DNA from: Nitrosopumilus sp.
Lineage (GTDB): Archaea > Thermoproteota > Nitrososphaeria > Nitrososphaerales > Nitrosopumilaceae
DNA: 64,000 nt
Direction: 5' to 3'
NCBI GenBank assembly: GCA_965224195.1
Contig: OZ245040.1
Span: forward strand, 1,600,001 to 1,664,000
In this document: one piece after another, positions 62,892 through 64,000 of the stretch
Layout: every line of letters begins with the position of its first letter
How positions within the stretch are numbered: the first letter of the stretch is position 1
The notes under the pieces: model-generated
Database searches by the model: none
Told to the model about the DNA's origin: nothing
What the model saw: only the letters and a program-made list of their open reading frames with translations
Translations under genes and position numbers: made by a program

Positions 62892-62981
62892 TTAAGATTA
62901 AATTATCTTAGAAAAAAATGTCAACAGGTTTATAATGACTTTTTTTTCTTTATATAATTTTATTTAAGTAAAAAATATCGT

Positions 62982-63714
62982 TTATAATCCTTGTAATGAT
63001 TTTTTGAGTTTAACAATTTCTTCTTTTAACATTTCTTTATTTTCTGTAAAATGATTTGGTGTAACTTTTGCGATATCATCAAGATGTTGTTGATATCCCA
63101 TAATTTTGAGTACTGAAGTTGCGCGTTCCAAAGTATCATTTGCTTTTGCAAGTTTTTCTTCATAATTTTCCATCATTTTTTTAGTGTCCTCTATTTTTTC
63201 ATCAAATTCTGTTGCGGATTGAATTCCTAACGGCTTTCCACATTTAGAACAAATTTTAGCATCTGGAGCATTTGGTACCTCACAGATATGACAGATTTGA
63301 GGCGTTTCAACCAAATTTCCTGTTTCTTTACGCTTGATTCCATAGTGATTCAATATGACATTTTCAACATCAGCATTAATCATGTGAACATATCTGGCAG
63401 GCATTTTTGACGAGTTAGACCAACCATGTCGTTTACGAAGTTGAGCTTCAGTCATAAAATTAGCAGATTCAGTAGCTTCTGAATGTCTAAATAATTTCAT
63501 GTTGATTTTCTTTGGCAATCCTGCAATGGTACATCTACGTGCAAGCATTTGTCGCGATGCACTGCAGGATAATGGTTCTCTAAACTTTTTCGGACTAGTA
63601 TTAATCCACAAAGGGGAATCAGGATTATCCCTCATAGGATGAGTGTTAATCCAAGAAGACAGATTAGATACTGAACGAATTAATCGAATAGGTCTAGGAC
63701 CTGTTTTTCCATCA
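62982..63714 (-). pseudogene. Tyrosine recombinase/integrase C-terminal half, interrupted near 63715
   Basis: DGKTGPRPIRL, LFRHSEAT, RHGW, MPARYVH (catalytic Tyr), CHIC..CSKC; homology stops abruptly upstream. Confidence 0.85.
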
Positions 63715-64000
63715 GGTTCAGTTAATTAACAAGTTGGGGTGATGATGTTAGATAATAATCCACATTGTTAAAACAAGGATTGAAACTATTAGATGAATTA
63801 TGTGTATCCAACAAAATAAGGATCTTACATCAATAAATTCTCAGGTATATCTTTCATTTTTTTACCCATATGCTTTTTTAGCCTTATATGCTTGTAGCAA
63901 AGCTTGCTTCCAGCACATTTAAGACACGCAGATTTGCGATCCTTAAACTTTGTAGCAGTAAGTATTAGTCCTCTCGTATGCTGGCTCATTTTGATCATTA

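Noticed and set aside
63716-64000. Possible IS end (GGTTCAGTTA) interrupting the integrase
   Set aside because: The junction is real, but no partner end or transposase motif is visible within the window.

Overview
Low-GC archaeal DNA, most likely an ammonia-oxidising thaumarchaeon (Nitrosopumilaceae). This is inferred from the ribosomal protein L40e, IleRS, SucCD and small conserved proteins. The giant propeller/FN3 surface proteins and many decayed IS elements suggest, but do not prove, a host-associated (e.g. sponge) lineage. Layout: glycerate kinase (0-1.3 kb), then a ~39 kb accessory island (1.4-40.8 kb), a core block (41-53.3 kb), and a decayed integrated element starting at an intron-containing tRNA-Val(CAC). 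The island holds two giant repeat surface proteins, several toxin-antitoxin modules, an ABC-ATPase/nuclease pair, a DinG helicase, a DAC-domain protein and IS5/IS6 debris. The core block holds purN, folD, purD, ileS, a Dps-like gene, sucCD and rpl40e. Most notable observations: (1) a GHKL/MORC ATPase fused to an AbiEi-like domain, coupled to an AbiEii nucleotidyltransferase and preceded by two long palindromes; (2) an orphan mini-CRISPR array with two different repeat types upstream of a PD-(D/E)XK nuclease; (3) a perfect 37-bp duplication around a 34-bp insert in an IS5 transposase, resembling ectopic CRISPR spacer integration; (4) a cluster of 28-bp 11-6-11 dif-like palindromes; (5) a transposase-free element with 60-bp terminal inverted repeats carrying a degenerate Doc gene and a convergent antidote-like ORF; (6) a structured RNA candidate behind a DUF3800 gene. 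All family calls come from motif recognition by eye; no database searches were run.
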